DNA of 64,000 bases from Eledone cirrhosa (taxonomy: Eukaryota). Below the pieces are notes generated by a model. That model made no database searches and was not told the DNA's origin. It saw only the letters and a list, made by a program, of their open reading frames with translations. Shown here one piece after another: positions 26,795-41,310 of the stretch (positions are counted from its first letter, which is position 1; each line of letters opens with the position of its first letter). Made by a program: the position numbers and the translations under genes. The DNA lies in the NCBI GenBank assembly GCA_964016885.1, contig OZ024740.1, forward strand, positions 188,728,001 to 188,792,000. The letters run 5' to 3'.

Positions 26795-27008
26795 GCAAAT
26801 TTGTAACGAATGGTGTCCGGGATCCAGGAACTCCTTGTACATACTCTTACATCAGTACAAATTCTACCAAAACTGGGGGTTTATTCTCTCCTAGATACCC
26901 TCAGAATTATCCACCAGGAGCAAGTTGTCAGTTTATTTTTGAAGGATTACCTGGAGAGAAAGTTAAGGTAGAATTTGAAAACATTCAGCTTCACCATGTT
27001 GATAAAAG
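26795..27008 (+). CDS. Internal coding exon of a CUB-domain extracellular/membrane protein (possibly SOL-1/cubilin/tolloid-like multi-CUB protein)
   Basis: Acceptor TTCACTTTCAG (AG 26793-26794), donor AG|GTAAGA (27009); translation KFVTNGVRDPGTPCTYSYISTNSTKTGGLFSPRYPQNYPPGASCQFIFEGLPGEKVKVEFENIQL has the CUB signature C...G-x-x-x-SPxYPxxYP...C-x-F-x-F...V-x-V-x-F. Confidence 0.9.
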
Positions 27009-27812
27009 GTAAGAGCTTTTCTTTGGATATTTCATATGAACTTAATCATTTTATATTTTGATTATATTTTACAGCTTTTCTAACTTTTATTAGTATTTTA
27101 TCTATAACATTGAACCACTCAGTTGTTCAACAATCAAACTGTTCTGTCTAATATCTCAATTTCTCTCATGAACCGAGATTGAATAAATATATTTTCATTT
27201 AGAAAGTTTTGTTTATAATAGGCTCATATAATATATACATATGATATACACACACACTAGCATGGAAGATAGACGTTAAACAATGATGATGATGACAGCA
27301 GAGGATGCTGTATTTATACCAGCAAAATTTTTTACTTTTGTTATATATATACATATATATATATAATGTATCATTATCACAGATTAAAAGTTTAAGCAGC
27401 TCTCCAGTAACTATGTTCTAATAATAAATAATTGCTCTAATGTTTTATATTTACTTATAGATTCTGGTTTTTGCTTTTATTATTACTATTATATATGTAT
27501 GACTGCTAAGTTTCAAAAAGCTAGTAAAATTGAGTAGAAATATATAAAGGCAAAGAACGAGAAGTAAAACAAAAGAAAGTAATTTTTTTACCCACATCAT
27601 TTCAACATGATATTTCATGACTATAACCCTCTTTTCAAATGTGAAACAGAAATGGTTCCGAACGACGATGAACTATCGTTCACATTTGTTTTGAATTGTT
27701 TTGTTTTATTTGTCATCCTTTGGCCTTTATATATTTCTACCATATTGTATCAGCATTTTCAAACTTAGTCATTTATTACATATCACACAATGCTTGTATT
27801 AACTATACTACT

Positions 27813-27950
<138 letters not shown>

Positions 27951-30900
27951 TATTATTTCATTATATCATGTTTTAACTGAATATTCAAATAGGTAATACT
28001 AATTAGAAAACATAAAATGGTATATTTACATTAGAATCAAATTTCTGAATGAAGGATGTCTAATAATGCCTCCAATGAAACTATAAAACATAGATAAAAG
28101 GAGTAAAATGTCATACACTTGGTATTAAAATTTCTTGCTGAGTTGAAAGTATCACCTCTGCACACACACATATTGAAGTTTAACTTGAAAGAAGAATATA
28201 GTATTAACCTTTTATTTTTTTTATATTTCAACATTCTTTATTTTCCTTAAGCTTGAACAGTATTAGAATGAATTCAATTTTCACATATTACAATTGAGTG
28301 GTCAGTTTTAGATGAAATATTCTTTTGTTTTATGTTACTGTTTTAAACTTTTTTTGATAAAGGAGATTCAAAAAATTAAATATCATAAAAGGAAAAATTT
28401 AATCAAGAATGAACAAAAAAAAGAAAATAAATAAATAAATCAATGATCATTTTCAACAACAAAGTCATCGATATTTTTTCTTTTGTTTACCTTTTTTACA
28501 TTTTAGACAAAGATTCTTTTTTCCTTGATAACCTAATCATTGAATAAAGAATCATCATTTGAAAAAATGCTATTAATGAAAAAGAAAAAATGAAATGTCA
28601 ATGTATAGATTAACATATAAAAATTTTAATGAAGAAAGTAACTTCTCATTTTCTGTATTTGCGTTTGAACGATAGATAATGAAGGAAAAGAGATAAAACT
28701 GATTATTGTTACGTCATGTTGTTGTTGTTATGTTGTTATACATGTATGTGTTATGTTGTGCTTGTGTTTGTTCTGCCTTTGTTCTTTTAACTGTTGTCTC
28801 AATCCTGATTTAGTTGAACTTCACCAAGGTCTTTGAAAATAGTTTCATGGTAAGAATTTGAAATACAGTTATTGCCTATAGAATCACATGATGTGGTTAG
28901 AATAAACTCTGACAACCATACAATTAAAATAATTATTTAAAGATCACCTATACAATGCTTACAACTAGATACTGATTGGTATAACACATATAAGCATTTA
29001 TCTACTAAATACCTTTCTCTTGAGTAGAATATTCAGGAAAGAATTGCTGCAAAACTATTAATAGTGTAGATTAACATATTATCCATTAAATGTGATATAG
29101 CATTTGTGATTTGCATCAAATTGGCAGAGGTGTTAGAGAAATAGATACATTGCCGTGTGTCATTCATTCCAGCTTTCTGCACTCTGAATACAATTCTGCT
29201 GTGATCAATTTTGCCTCTCAACATTTCGGGCTCATTAAATTAATTACAAGTCCAGGGAATTGAATTGCCAGAATTTTAAAGCCTTAGATAAAATACTTTG
29301 TGATATTTGTTCTAGTGTTTGCATTCTGGACTCAAATTCTGCCTAAATGCCAATGATGAGGGCTAATCACTTGACCATGAGGGAAAGCCTTCCAATCCAT
29401 AATTGGTCAGCATGGTCAGACAGGCCTGCTTAAAAAGCTGGCAATGGCATGATGAGGTTTCTTCAGGCTGTTGAATGGAAATAGAAAACTTTTATTAGGC
29501 ATAGTATAGTTATAGGACTGTTTAAGTATACAAAAGTATTAAATTCACTAAAGAATAGCATAATAAATGTATAATAAAATTATTTTCAATAGCAACTTTT
29601 ATTAAAGAGTTATATTTCATTTCTCTGTATTGCACAATAATATAGGAATTCTGATGTGTATTTCTCCAAAGATTTATATTGTTTAAATAAATGTATAACC
29701 CCTCTGAAGGATCTTTTTTCAATTGTGAAATACTTATTTACATTCACTGTATGTGGGTGATCTATTGAAAAATGTGGACCTAGCTGTCCTAGAAATGACA
29801 GGATGCCCACAATTGAAATGCTTTTCATCATTGGTCTGATGGATCAGTGCTCACCAGGAGATATACTGCAACAACAATATTATATGATACCTCAAGTATT
29901 TTTATGTTTTCAGAACAATATTTAGTAAAATATGAAAGTACATAAAGATAAGACACAAAAGTGCATCAGTATTTCATATAAACAACTTGTAAAATAGATT
30001 CTTCTACTTTAGTATATTTCATTGGAAATTCGACATTAGTTCTTTTTCATGAATGAGTGTTTGTTTTAGTAAGAATCTCAAGTAATAAAACATGTTCATT
30101 AGGAACATTTGATTGGACATTTCTATAAATCAACCTGACCAAAATACAGTTAGGTAATTTATGATAGATTGCCTTTTTTGGGGAAAGAATTTTCAAATGA
30201 ATCTTCAGTTTAATAAATTCAAATATTAGTAAAGGTGGTTGTCAGTTTGAGAAATTATTATATCACTAACGAACGTTAGTTAGTCTTTTAGTGTCTTTTA
30301 GTCACAATAACTAAGGTGTTGCTGGAGTATTGCTTTCAAAATTAATAGGTATGTAAATTATCTACAAATAATAATTACTGCATAAGATGTTTTGGCATAA
30401 TTTTGATGTTTTGTTAGATGTTTTAAAACAGAAATTGTTCAAACAATTACTAATAAATCATCTATCAAAGAATGAACACACACACACATATTGCTGAGAT
30501 TATTCTCTGTTGTTACTCTATAATGAATATATAATATTATTTACTTTGGAATTGGGTGCATTTTCCTCTTGCAATAAATATCTGAAATTGGGAGAGCACT
30601 CAATCTGAAGGACGAGTTGTGTTATACAGTTATTAAATCTGTAAAATATGCTTACCGATACATGTGTTTCATTCACTTTGCTAAATTGCCTGTCAAACCT
30701 TAAATCTGACTTTCTTGTTAGAGTCACATGTATTTTGTAAATATGTTTTGTTAATGCAAAAAGTAACTTTATATATATATATATATACATGTGTGTGTGT
30801 ATATATATACGTGTGCGTGTGTATATATATATATAAATATATATATATAGGCAAAATGATTAATGAAAGAGTTACAAGCCGTTAAAACATATCTTTATAA

Positions 30901-31516
30901 AGCTCTTACACATGTTTCGCCCAATGGGGATGGTCTGAGGCAGATACTAAGGCAAAGTTTTTAATTAAATACCCTATACGGGTTGAATAATACTTTAACA
31001 TCAGAATGCATATTACATATACGTTGTGAAGTATAGAAACATGGTAGAAAGATGTTAGCATGCTAAGGGAGGTAATTACCGGTGCTGATGTAATGTTATT
31101 TGTCAAATATATGATGGGCTCTCCCGTCGATATACGACATATGAGTGTCCAACAAAAGTTAAATGTGAGAAAGTGAACTGATGTTGAACTACCCACAAAA
31201 AGTTTTGTTTTACGTAGTGAAGGCTTATGTAGGACCAACTAAACTTTTTGGAACTGACAATACATATCCTCGGTGCAAATGTTTGTCATGTAAATTACGA
31301 CAGCCCTCAAAAATAAAAAATACTATTTGGATAGCCATTGAATCTGCTGAGTTCCTCCGCCCTTTGCTGGGTCTTGTATTTCATCCCATCGGGTATCGAA
31401 ATATCACCCTCCTCCCTAAGCAAGCTTTGTGGGGTTGCCAGTTTAGTCACCAATGGCCTGACCAGGAGACAGGTTGTATTGGGGTACATGATACCAGTAG
31501 CACTCGAGAGCAGCCT

Positions 31517-31519
<3 letters not shown>

Positions 31520-31598
<79 letters not shown>
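31520..31598. repeat. (TA)n(GA)n compound microsatellite
   Basis: Direct inspection. Confidence 0.95.
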
Positions 31599-31602
<4 letters not shown>

Positions 31603-31837
31603 ATTTGTACAATAGATTGTGGAGTTAGATATTTGACCATGTACAGGAAAGGTGAAAACAAAAGTGAAAATCAAAATGCAAACTGACATGCACACAAATT
31701 TAACATCTTCAGTTGACTACGTTCACATCATGTCACTTTATTTTTTTTTTAAATTGTCCTATTCCTTACCTTTACATTCTCCTCTGCATAATCCTGTGTT
31801 CTCTTGAGCAATTATGTGTGTTTGTGTGTGTGTGAAC

Positions 31838-31876
<39 letters not shown>

Positions 31877-34366
31877 TTATATCAATATGAACCATGATAA
31901 ATAGACTATTTTCTTGTGTTATATTCCAATAACTTTGGAAGATTTGGACTCATGTTCCTTACTTCAGTTGTCTGTGCCTTAACTATTGAAGTGATAATAA
32001 TCTTGACAATAATCTTAATTATATATTAAGCAAAGTAATTCAGAAATGTCTATTTCACTTGTTACCTTGTTCAGTGCCAAGAACAATTATTCTGAATATT
32101 GTCAGATAGTGCTTTAGAAGAAATAAGCAGTTTTTTCTTCTTCTTAGCAGAGATTTGTTAAAATGGAATAACAGTTATGTACTTTTATTATACTGACTAT
32201 AAACATTTCAAAAAGTCTGCTATAAATAAATGTAAGCAATAAAACTGAAGAATGAATTTCAGTTGGTTGCAGGCTTCTAAGCAATGATTGAAACCAGATG
32301 TTCTCACAGATAAGAAAAGACTATTGATAGCTCATTAACTGAAGTAGACTTTACTAAGTTTCCTTTTGTATTGACACAAATTACTAAAAGGCCATTGCTC
32401 TTATATCAGAGTAAAGGATGTTTTATTGTGTGTGTTAAATTAACTATAAAGACCTGACCTGTTTACTGCAGAGACACACTTTTAATCAAATGCTGCCTCC
32501 CTCTTCCATATTTAATGATTATGGCACTCTTGTAATTGTCTATCTTATCAATTAAACCTGTAAATATGTCATACTTAAACTCCATTTCTAGAATGTCCTA
32601 CTCATCCACTTCTTCACAATGATTTTTGAATAACTTCTGTCCTGCATTTTTTCTTCGTGTTTCTTTCTTTCTGTTTTTTTACTTTGTTCCTTAAAAGATA
32701 ATATGAGCATATATAATTGAATTCATATGTATATATATAAATATTTATTTAGCAGCAGTGAATTGGCATAGTCATTAAAATATCTGATAGTACTTTGTGG
32801 TATTTGTTCTGGCTTTCAGCTCTCAATTTTGCCTTTCATCCTTCGAAGGTTGAAGAAAAAGTACCAGTCTAATAGTGGGGTCGATTCTTCCTCTATATCT
32901 CTTTCTCACTTCCTCTCTGTCAGATTCTATCCTTCTCTGGAAGAAATCTGCTGTACTCAATGTTGGTGAAGCATGTGCTCCATCAGGCTTAAAATGCTTA
33001 AGAAATGCTGTATGCCAATAGGCTCCCCTATGACTCCATCAGGGATTATGGAACCATACCATAACATATTCATTTATTATGGCTAAATAGTTAGTCTTGT
33101 TACTCTGGAGATTCACCTGTTCACTTTGATTCAGCATTAAGCACTATTCACTCATCTGCCAGGACCCTGACAGCTGAGCTCTTGCTGAGCTCTTGCTGTT
33201 TAACAGCTAGTCCCACTCTGGAACTAGCTGTTGAAAAGATGAGTATTGACGTACATGTACATCTTTTTCCATTTCTCCGAGGGTTCTTAACCCCACTATC
33301 AGGCTAAATAATTTCTTTAATTTCTTTAGTCAAAATACGGCGATAGCATACATTTCTAATTATATATATATATATATATTTATATATATTTATGGAATGT
33401 CAATATATACATCTATTCTAGAGGCCCATTGATAACACATCATCAGTACTAGTATAAATTCTGAAAAGAGACTAGCTGGACTTAAGGAATTGTGTTAGTC
33501 CCTACATATCTTTCATCTGTTGACCCTGCAGAATTACCTCATTTCTACAGAAGTATGCTTAAAAATAGTCAATTTCTTTATATATTTGACGTGTTTACAA
33601 ATGCTTAAACCAATCACACAAAGTCGTATGAATATATATGTGGGTGATGATCATATTTAGTTACCAATGATTCAATGCACAGAAATATAAGTTTTGTTTT
33701 CTATTAATAGGTGTAGGTTCTTGAAGCGCACATATATCTATATATTACACCTGTATGTGCATGCACTCGCACACAAACATATATATGCATTTGGGAATAT
33801 AATTAATAAAAGATATTTTAATATATAGATTAGTTGGTGTCTTTCCTTTTTAGAAAGATAATGGTGAGAATATCTGGATGATGAGAATCCATATAAATGT
33901 ACTGAGGTTACAGAAGCTTATAGGAAGGAGAGGTTATCTATCTATACATGATACATTCAAGTTATTGCAATAATATTATTTTCTTCTTTCAAAGGGCAAG
34001 AGTTTACTATAAACTTTAATTAATAATATTCTTCTGAACAATAATATATGAAATAATGATGTTCTCTATCTGTATAGGATAAATCAAATACAAAAGCAAA
34101 CATTATCTAAACCTTTAATATGCTAAACATCTCTTTACAATGTGTTAAGATGTCAAAAGGAATTTTTAGATATATGGAGAAATCTCAAAGTTTTGTGATA
34201 TTTTTTTTCTTTGTGTTGTATAACTATTGTTATATTTTCTGAGCCAAATTGAATTGCACCATTTGTCATAGTGAGTGGTGACTGAAAACTGCTGCAATGT
34301 TTAGTTGTAAATAGTTTAAGAGCTGATGGTTTGGGGCAAAAGGCGAGGTTGTCATACATTTTATAG

Positions 34367-34427
34367 TAAAGTACCAGTAATACACTGGAATAATTGCTGG
34401 CCTTGTGCCAAAAGTAGAAACAATTAT
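34367..34427 (+). mobile_element. SINE family A, 3'-terminal fragment
   Basis: TAAAGTACCAGTAATACACTGG...GTAGAAACAATTAT. Confidence 0.8.
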
Positions 34428-34454
34428 TTCAGAGGTGCTATGCTGATTTCGGAG

Positions 34455-34700
34455 AGGCTTGGCTTAGTGGTAAATATGTCCATAATTTCGTGGGTTCAGT
34501 TCTGGACTGGGCTGAGTATTGAGTTTTTGAGTAAAACACTTCATTTCATGCTGTTCCATTATACATAGTAATAAATGGGGATTTAACCCTGTGATAGGCA
34601 GGCATCCTGACCAAGGGATTGTCCTGTACTCTCAATCATTCCATGCCATATAAATGAGATAATAACCAGCTTGATCATCCTCTGGACTCAAGGCCTACTT
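34455..34700 (+). mobile_element. Old CORE-type tRNA SINE, degenerate
   Basis: TGGCTTAGTGGTAA A box, GGGTTCAGTTC B box, TTGAGTAAAACACTTCATTTCATGCTG CORE-like block. Confidence 0.6.
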
Positions 34701-36410
34701 CTTATTATGTTGATTGACATACTGGGAACAATAAATAATCCAAGAAGAGAGAGACATACAATAACATAAATGTTTTACACCATATAGGTTAGAATATTTG
34801 GCAGAGCCCACAAGCGAAAATATTTCGATTGCCATGTTAATCAGTGTTCTCTTCATATGGCTGATTGTTTTCTATAAAAGCCATATACTTGTTGCAGTGT
34901 TGTTTTTCATTATTGAACTAGGAAAATGATGAGATTGTTCATAAATTGAAGGTATGGATTATGCACACATACCTCTGTGTTTTACTGTGCGAGAGACTTT
35001 TAATTTTGGAGATTTTAATGCATATCTGGGCTTCCCATGACTTAAGGTACTGGAAAACACAGTGATTATCACCAGAAAGAATTAGGATCCAGCTAAAACT
35101 CATTTTAACTCATTTTCATGGAATATTTGAGGGAATTTGTTGATTTTGAAGATGTGACCATTGATTAAATTAATTTAGTTTTCAGAGAAACTTAACCCAT
35201 TCATTAACATATTTCTAATGAAAGATACTTCCGATGATTTTCAACAAATTTTTAAAATAATCAAGAATTTGGAGAGATTTAGTAATTTAACTAAATTTCA
35301 CATTATTAAGCTTGTGCCTGGAGTATAGATTAACATAGATTCTTACATATAATTATGATGAAGGGTTTTAGATAAATATAAACCCATTAAAATAAACAGC
35401 TGGGGCAGTTTCAGTTGATTTGGTATCAAAGGCATTAAATCAGAGATTATACTGTGTTGAACTAATGTGTGTGTTAAAAGTCCATAGAGTAAATTTCCAG
35501 AACATGTTCTTCGATTATCTTATTATAATAATTCCAATACACTTATTAAAGGTGTGCTGTCTGAAAAAAATCTTACTCATTGAGAAATTTGTTTTTTAAC
35601 ATGGAAGCAAGTTGTTTTATGAAACCACAAAATTGTATATACATTATAAAAGCTTATAGGATAAGATGGAGACATCATATAACTTCTATGCATCCAACAT
35701 AATGAAATATAAAGAAAATATCTCCTGTCTTAGGCTTAGGGTTTTGGGTGATGTTAATTAGCTAACATTGTTCTAAACAAACAGAATGATTGCATAGTCA
35801 TATGCTCTGGCTTTACCTACTCTCTCTCCTGGCTGAAAAGAAAGGGTCTCCTGGCATCTTCCAATCATCTTGTCAGATTAGAATAAATTTTGTTGCAACA
35901 TGTGATGTGGACAAGTTGTTTGTGATGAACGGGTAGAGCGAGAAGTCAATGATGTTAAATTGAATACATTTTGATTTACATAATGTGTGGTGCTGCAGGA
36001 TTTTATGCATTGAAAAGCTATATATATATATATATGTATATATGTGTATATTATATGTCAGTATCTATCTAAAAGAGCAACATAAGATATAATGAGGATC
36101 TGTTTTCTTTTTTTGCCTTAGGTGATATTTGTGTGTGTATTTGTTTGTGCGTATGTATGTATCTTTGCATAAATGTATATTTACATATGCATGCATTGTT
36201 GATATGTGATACACGATTGAGTATATAAGTGATTAATTGCAAACAATCAGTGCATGAAATAAACAGATACATTGCAATATTAAGTTTTGTGTCTCATTGC
36301 AATTATGGTTACTATAAAATCTTTATTATGGTAAAGTTGTAAATCTTGTTACTCTTGAGTTTTATATGTGCATTCAGAGGATCATAAAACAAAATATGTG
36401 TATATATATA

Positions 36411-36948
36411 GTTATAGAGAAAAAGTAGAATTGGAAATAGCAGGGACAATATATTTAAAGGATCTGTTTTTCTTTTTTTCTTCTTTGATCCGTCAAAGTA
36501 ACATCATTGAAAAAGTGAGAGGAACAGTTTAAAAAAAAAAAAGGAGTTTTATAATGTATATAAAATATAATCGGTTTCAATGTATCGGTGTAATCCATCT
36601 TATCAAATGTTGAATATTACAATTAAAAAGAATTGAAAATTAAAAATGAAGTGTAGAAGAAGGTCTGTTCATCTTTCTTGTTGACAAAGAAGAAAGATGA
36701 ACAGACCTTCTTCAACACTTAATTTTAAATTTCAAATTTTTAATTCTTCTTAATTCTTTTTAATCATAATAGTCAACGTTTGATAAGATAGATTACACAG
36801 ATACATCGAAACTAGTTATATTTTATATACATTATAAAACTCCTTTTTCAATAATATCACTTTGATAGATCAAAGAAGAAAAAAAAGGAAAACAGATCCA
36901 TTAAATATAGTTTCCGTGCTGTTTCCAATTCTGCTTTTTCTCTATAAC
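36411..36948. repeat. Long imperfect inverted repeat (arms ~260-270 bp, ~10-nt loop)
   Basis: 36411-36679 is the reverse complement of 36690-36948, e.g. GTTATAGAGAAAAAG / CTTTTTCTCTATAAC and GAAGAAGGTCTGTTCATCTTTCTT / AAGAAAGATGAACAGACCTTCTTC. Confidence 0.9.
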
Positions 36949-37369
36949 TTCTGTTTTGTATAGAACCTTAATCCCTTTTCAAATATATATGTATATATGT
37001 ACATATATATATACATATGTATGTATATATAATTAGCCTGATTTGTCTCTCAATGTGTATGACCCATCTAATCTATGCAAGCATGGAAAATGGGCTCTGA
37101 ACAGTAACAACAATATATGGAGGAAAGGGATATGGAAGTTGAAAGAGCCTTCATGCAGTAACAAATTCAGAAGATTCTTGCTTGATGCTTACGAAAGTAA
37201 ATGGAAAGTAAATGTGGTTGGTGTTAGGAAGGGCATGTAGCCATGGAAAGCTAGCCAAAATCAGTTCTGTTGGAGCAAGACATAGTCATCTAACCTGGTT
37301 TGTCTCACAACGGGACAACTCATCTAACCCATGTTAATGTGGTAAAATGCTTGTTTAATGGTGATAATG

Positions 37370-37476
<107 letters not shown>

Positions 37477-37548
37477 ATAATAATAAAATTGAAGACTAAA
37501 ATCCAAAGAGGGCTCGATAAGGAAAATATATATCAAATATATATATAT

Positions 37549-39800
37549 ATCATCATCATCACCTCACCGTTTTACGTCCGTTCTTCCACGCTAGCATGGG
37601 TTAGACAGGTTGTGCTGTTGTGGGCAGTGTCCAGTTCACTGACCTTGTCTTGCTCATACAGGAACTGATTCTGGCTTGATTTTACAGTTGGATGCCCTTC
37701 CTAACACCAACCTAATTTACAGTGAGTGGTGGGTGCTTTTTTTCCATGGCGCCTACATGTCCACTTTACAGTGTGGGCTGGGTGCTTTTTTGCCGTGGCA
37801 CCTCCACGACCACTTTGCAGTGGGAGGGGGTGGGGGCATATTGCCTATATGCTTCGGCTTCGGATGTTCCTGTGGGAAGTTGGGTCTCTGTATTACTGCA
37901 TGACGCCAGATGTTACAGCTGTGTGTCATCGCCTTTGAGAGGTGTAATTGGGTAAGGTCAGCTTTTATCACCCCATCCCAGGTCTTCTTGGGTCTCCCCA
38001 CTCTGCGGCTTCTATCGACTACTAGTGCTCTGCACCTTTTTATGTAGCTGTCATCCTTCATATGCATCACATGTCCATACCAACGTAACCTCCTCTCCTG
38101 CGCACAGCATTTGATACCTCTTATGCTCAGTCCCTCAGTTTGTTTATGCTTTGCCGTTCGCGTATATTACTATTACACATCCATCGGAGCATGCAGGCCT
38201 CGTTTCTTTCTAATCTACGTAAGTCTTCCACCTTCAGCGCCCAGGTCTCACTACCATGTAACATTGCTGTTCGTATACATGCATCATACAGTCTGCCCTT
38301 CATTTTGAGAGAAAAGCCTTTTGCAGCTAGCAGTGGCAGTAGCTCCCTGAACTTCTTACATCCCGTTCTTACCCTAGTTATTGTACTTTCTGAACCCCCA
38401 CCTCCACTGCTAATTCAGTCACCTAGGTAGCAGAAGTTGTCTACTGTTTCTACATGGCCCTCCCACAGTTTGGTGGTGCTTGTTTCCTGTGGCTGTTTGC
38501 TGCTTGCTGTCCCAGCGCAGCTGCTACATGTGAAGCCTACATTCTTAGTTAAGCTTCCTGAGATCCCACTACATCTCTTGTGTACCCGTTGTTTGCAGTG
38601 TTTGCATTGGAGTTCCTACCTACACCTTTCCTACATACTGAACAAGGCCATTTCCCTGAGGGGATCTGGGTTCTGTTTTCTCGTCTACTTACAAGGGCCT
38701 TAGTCTTTGTCAGGTTGACTTTGAGACTCCTTCTTTCTAGTCCCTGCTTTCATGTTTGGAATTTCTTCTCTAGTTCTACCATAGATTCAGCTATAAGTGT
38801 GAGGTCATCTGCATACAGGTGTTCCCATGGGCATCCGGTCTTAAACTCCTCCGTTATTGCCTGCAAAACTATGTTGAACAGGAGAGGCTAAGAACAGAGC
38901 CCTGGTGGACACCGACCTGTATGCTAAATTCCTTACTATAGTCATTGCTAATCCTAACTTTGCTGACTGATCCCCTATACATGGCTAGTAAAGCTTTCAC
39001 AAGCCATTCATCTACTCCTAGTTTTCTAAGAGCCCACCAGATTATAGCACGGGGAACTCTGTCGAAGGCTTTCTCCAGATCGACAAATGCCAAGTAGAGC
39101 GGCTTACTTTTAGCTAGGTACTTTTCCTGTAACTGCCTCACAAGGAAGAGGTCATAAGTGGTTCCTTTTCCTGATGCAAACCCAAATTGCATCTCATCTA
39201 GTTTCACCCGGTCCCTAATCAACTGTGCTATAACTCTTTCTGTTACTTTCATGACCTAGTCCATCAGCTTTATACCTCTATAGTTTCCTCTATCTAGTGC
39301 ATCACCTTTACCCTTATAGCAGTTGACAATGATGCTGCTGCAGCAATCCTTTGGTATGGCACCTTCTACTATTACCTGCTTAACAATACGTGTGGTTATG
39401 GTGTGACCTACCTTTCAGCATCTAGGCAGCTATACCCGATGAACCGGTTGCCTTCCCCATCTTCATATCTTTGATTGCCTTACTTACTACGCTGCTGCTG
39501 ACTTTTACTGCTGGCCCCTCTATAGGGTCTACTTGGGGCAGGGTCTCTTCTTCCCATGCATTCTCCTCATTTAGTAATCTTTCATAATGGCTCTTCCACG
39601 TGTCTTTCTTCTCAGCACTTGTGAGGGCGAGCTCACCTTTATCATTCCGGATACACTTTTCTCCAATGACATCACAATTCTCTCTGACACACTGCCTCGC
39701 AATCTTGAACACCTGTTTCTGGTCCTCACATTGCAAGACATGCTTGAATTTTCTATCCTCCGCTTCCCTTCTAGCTAAGTATACTTGTCACCTAGCGACA
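37549..39800 (-). mobile_element. RTE-clade LINE, 5'-truncated, ORF2 disrupted
   Basis: RT motifs QFGF...FVDLEKAFDRV...GVHQGSVLS, LYADDL (~38801-38818), C-terminal GRPKKTW; (GAT)n tail; both ends in (TA)n; stops and frameshifts. Confidence 0.95.
38801..39736 (-). pseudogene. Disrupted reverse transcriptase region of RTE ORF2
   Basis: ORF fragments 39422-39736 and 38869-39252 plus YADD motif in shifted frames. Confidence 0.85.
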
Positions 39801-41171
39801 ATATATATATATATATATATATAGATATATATATATATATATAGAAAAAAACATTATCTTGTATATTTATATTATCAGACTTGTGCTGATATGAATTCCA
39901 AGTGAAAATTAAATGTAAGCTATTTATTCATTTGAAAAAACAATATTGAGTGGAAAGAAACCTAAATCTTCCAGAACTCTTCTGTCAGTATTTACATAGC
40001 TATCAAACCATATTTAAACGAATAAATAATGAAAGGTAAATAGAAATAAAAACAAATGTATTTCTTTAGTCTTCTTACATTATCATCTAGGTATCAGTAA
40101 AATTACCCATGAATAGATAAACGTACACACACACACACACACATATATATACTATCACCATATACACATACACACAAATAGCTCAATGTCCACACAATTA
40201 AAAAGCAGATAATGTAGTCATTTCATTTTATTTCATGGTCTCTTTTCAATTTGAGAAGATAAAGCTGCCATTATTTGGTTTTATCTTTTCCTATAAAAAA
40301 CAATCTACTAAAATATAGGCGGATAACTTAATTTAATTCATGTTTGTGTGGTTTTTCATTCCCTTTAGTTTTTATTATTTTTTCTCGTGAGAGATTTTCC
40401 CTGACTTTTTAAAATTTATTTTTGTACCATTTTACATCTATTTCTTCGTGCAAGTTTGAATATAATGTTATAAAGGGAGTGGGGAGGATGTACTTCTTAC
40501 TTTTTATGTGAAGTGGGGGATATAGGTATTAGCATATTTGCTGTTTTAAGACTTTATTTCTTTCTCCTTGCTAAGTACTTAACTGTCAAGTAAATGTGGT
40601 AGCTGATGAACTTCATATAAACTATGGCAAACAGAATACCATGACAGGTCTTGCATATTGACAATAGTGAGTTTTGTATCTCCTTTAATCAGAGACTTGG
40701 AGAAAACAGTCATTCTCTGAGCTTAATGTTCTAGTAACACTTTAACTCAGCAACATAATTGCATAGAACACTTGTCAATTTTACTCTATTGATGCTTATA
40801 TGGATGTCTTTTTCCCTCACTGTAGCACTCTTTTACATCTAGGGCAGGAGTGAAATATTATTTTTCTCTTGCTTATCCTATGGCAATCTCAGAAAGTAAA
40901 ATCATGTTCACTCTTTTGTTCAGTAAACTTAGTTTACATTTCAATCATAAAACAGGAACCAACATAGGGGAAATTTTAAAATACAGATGAATTGATATCA
41001 TGACTGGCAACCCTTCAGTCATGCTGATGTTTTCTTTTCTATTTTGTCATTCATTTCTTGAAAGAGTTAGTTATTTTCTCTAAATTGGACTGCTACATCA
41101 GCAACACCTTAATTAAGATGTATAGAATACAGATTATAAGGTGCAAAATAGTAGAATGATAACAAATTAAT

Positions 41172-41310
41172 CCCACCGAGATTAGCTTTGCTTTCCATCT
41201 TCATGGGGTCAATAAAATATAGTACCAGTAATGCAATGGAGTCCATTTAATTCCCCCCCTCCCCCCTCCCTTAAAAAATTGCTGGCCTTGTGCCTAAATC
41301 AGAAACCAAT
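41172..41310 (+). mobile_element. SINE family A relative, degenerate partial copy
   Basis: CCCACCGAGATTAGCTTTGCTTTCCATCTTCATGGGGTCAATAAAA...TTGCTGGCCTTGTGCC. Confidence 0.65.

Noticed and set aside
27637-27688. Small imperfect inverted repeat after the CUB exon
   Set aside because: Too short and gapped to distinguish from chance in AT-rich DNA
37676-39824. Plus-strand ORFs over the LINEs (also 47835-48763, including the 203-aa ORF)
   Set aside because: Antisense shadows of RTE ORF2
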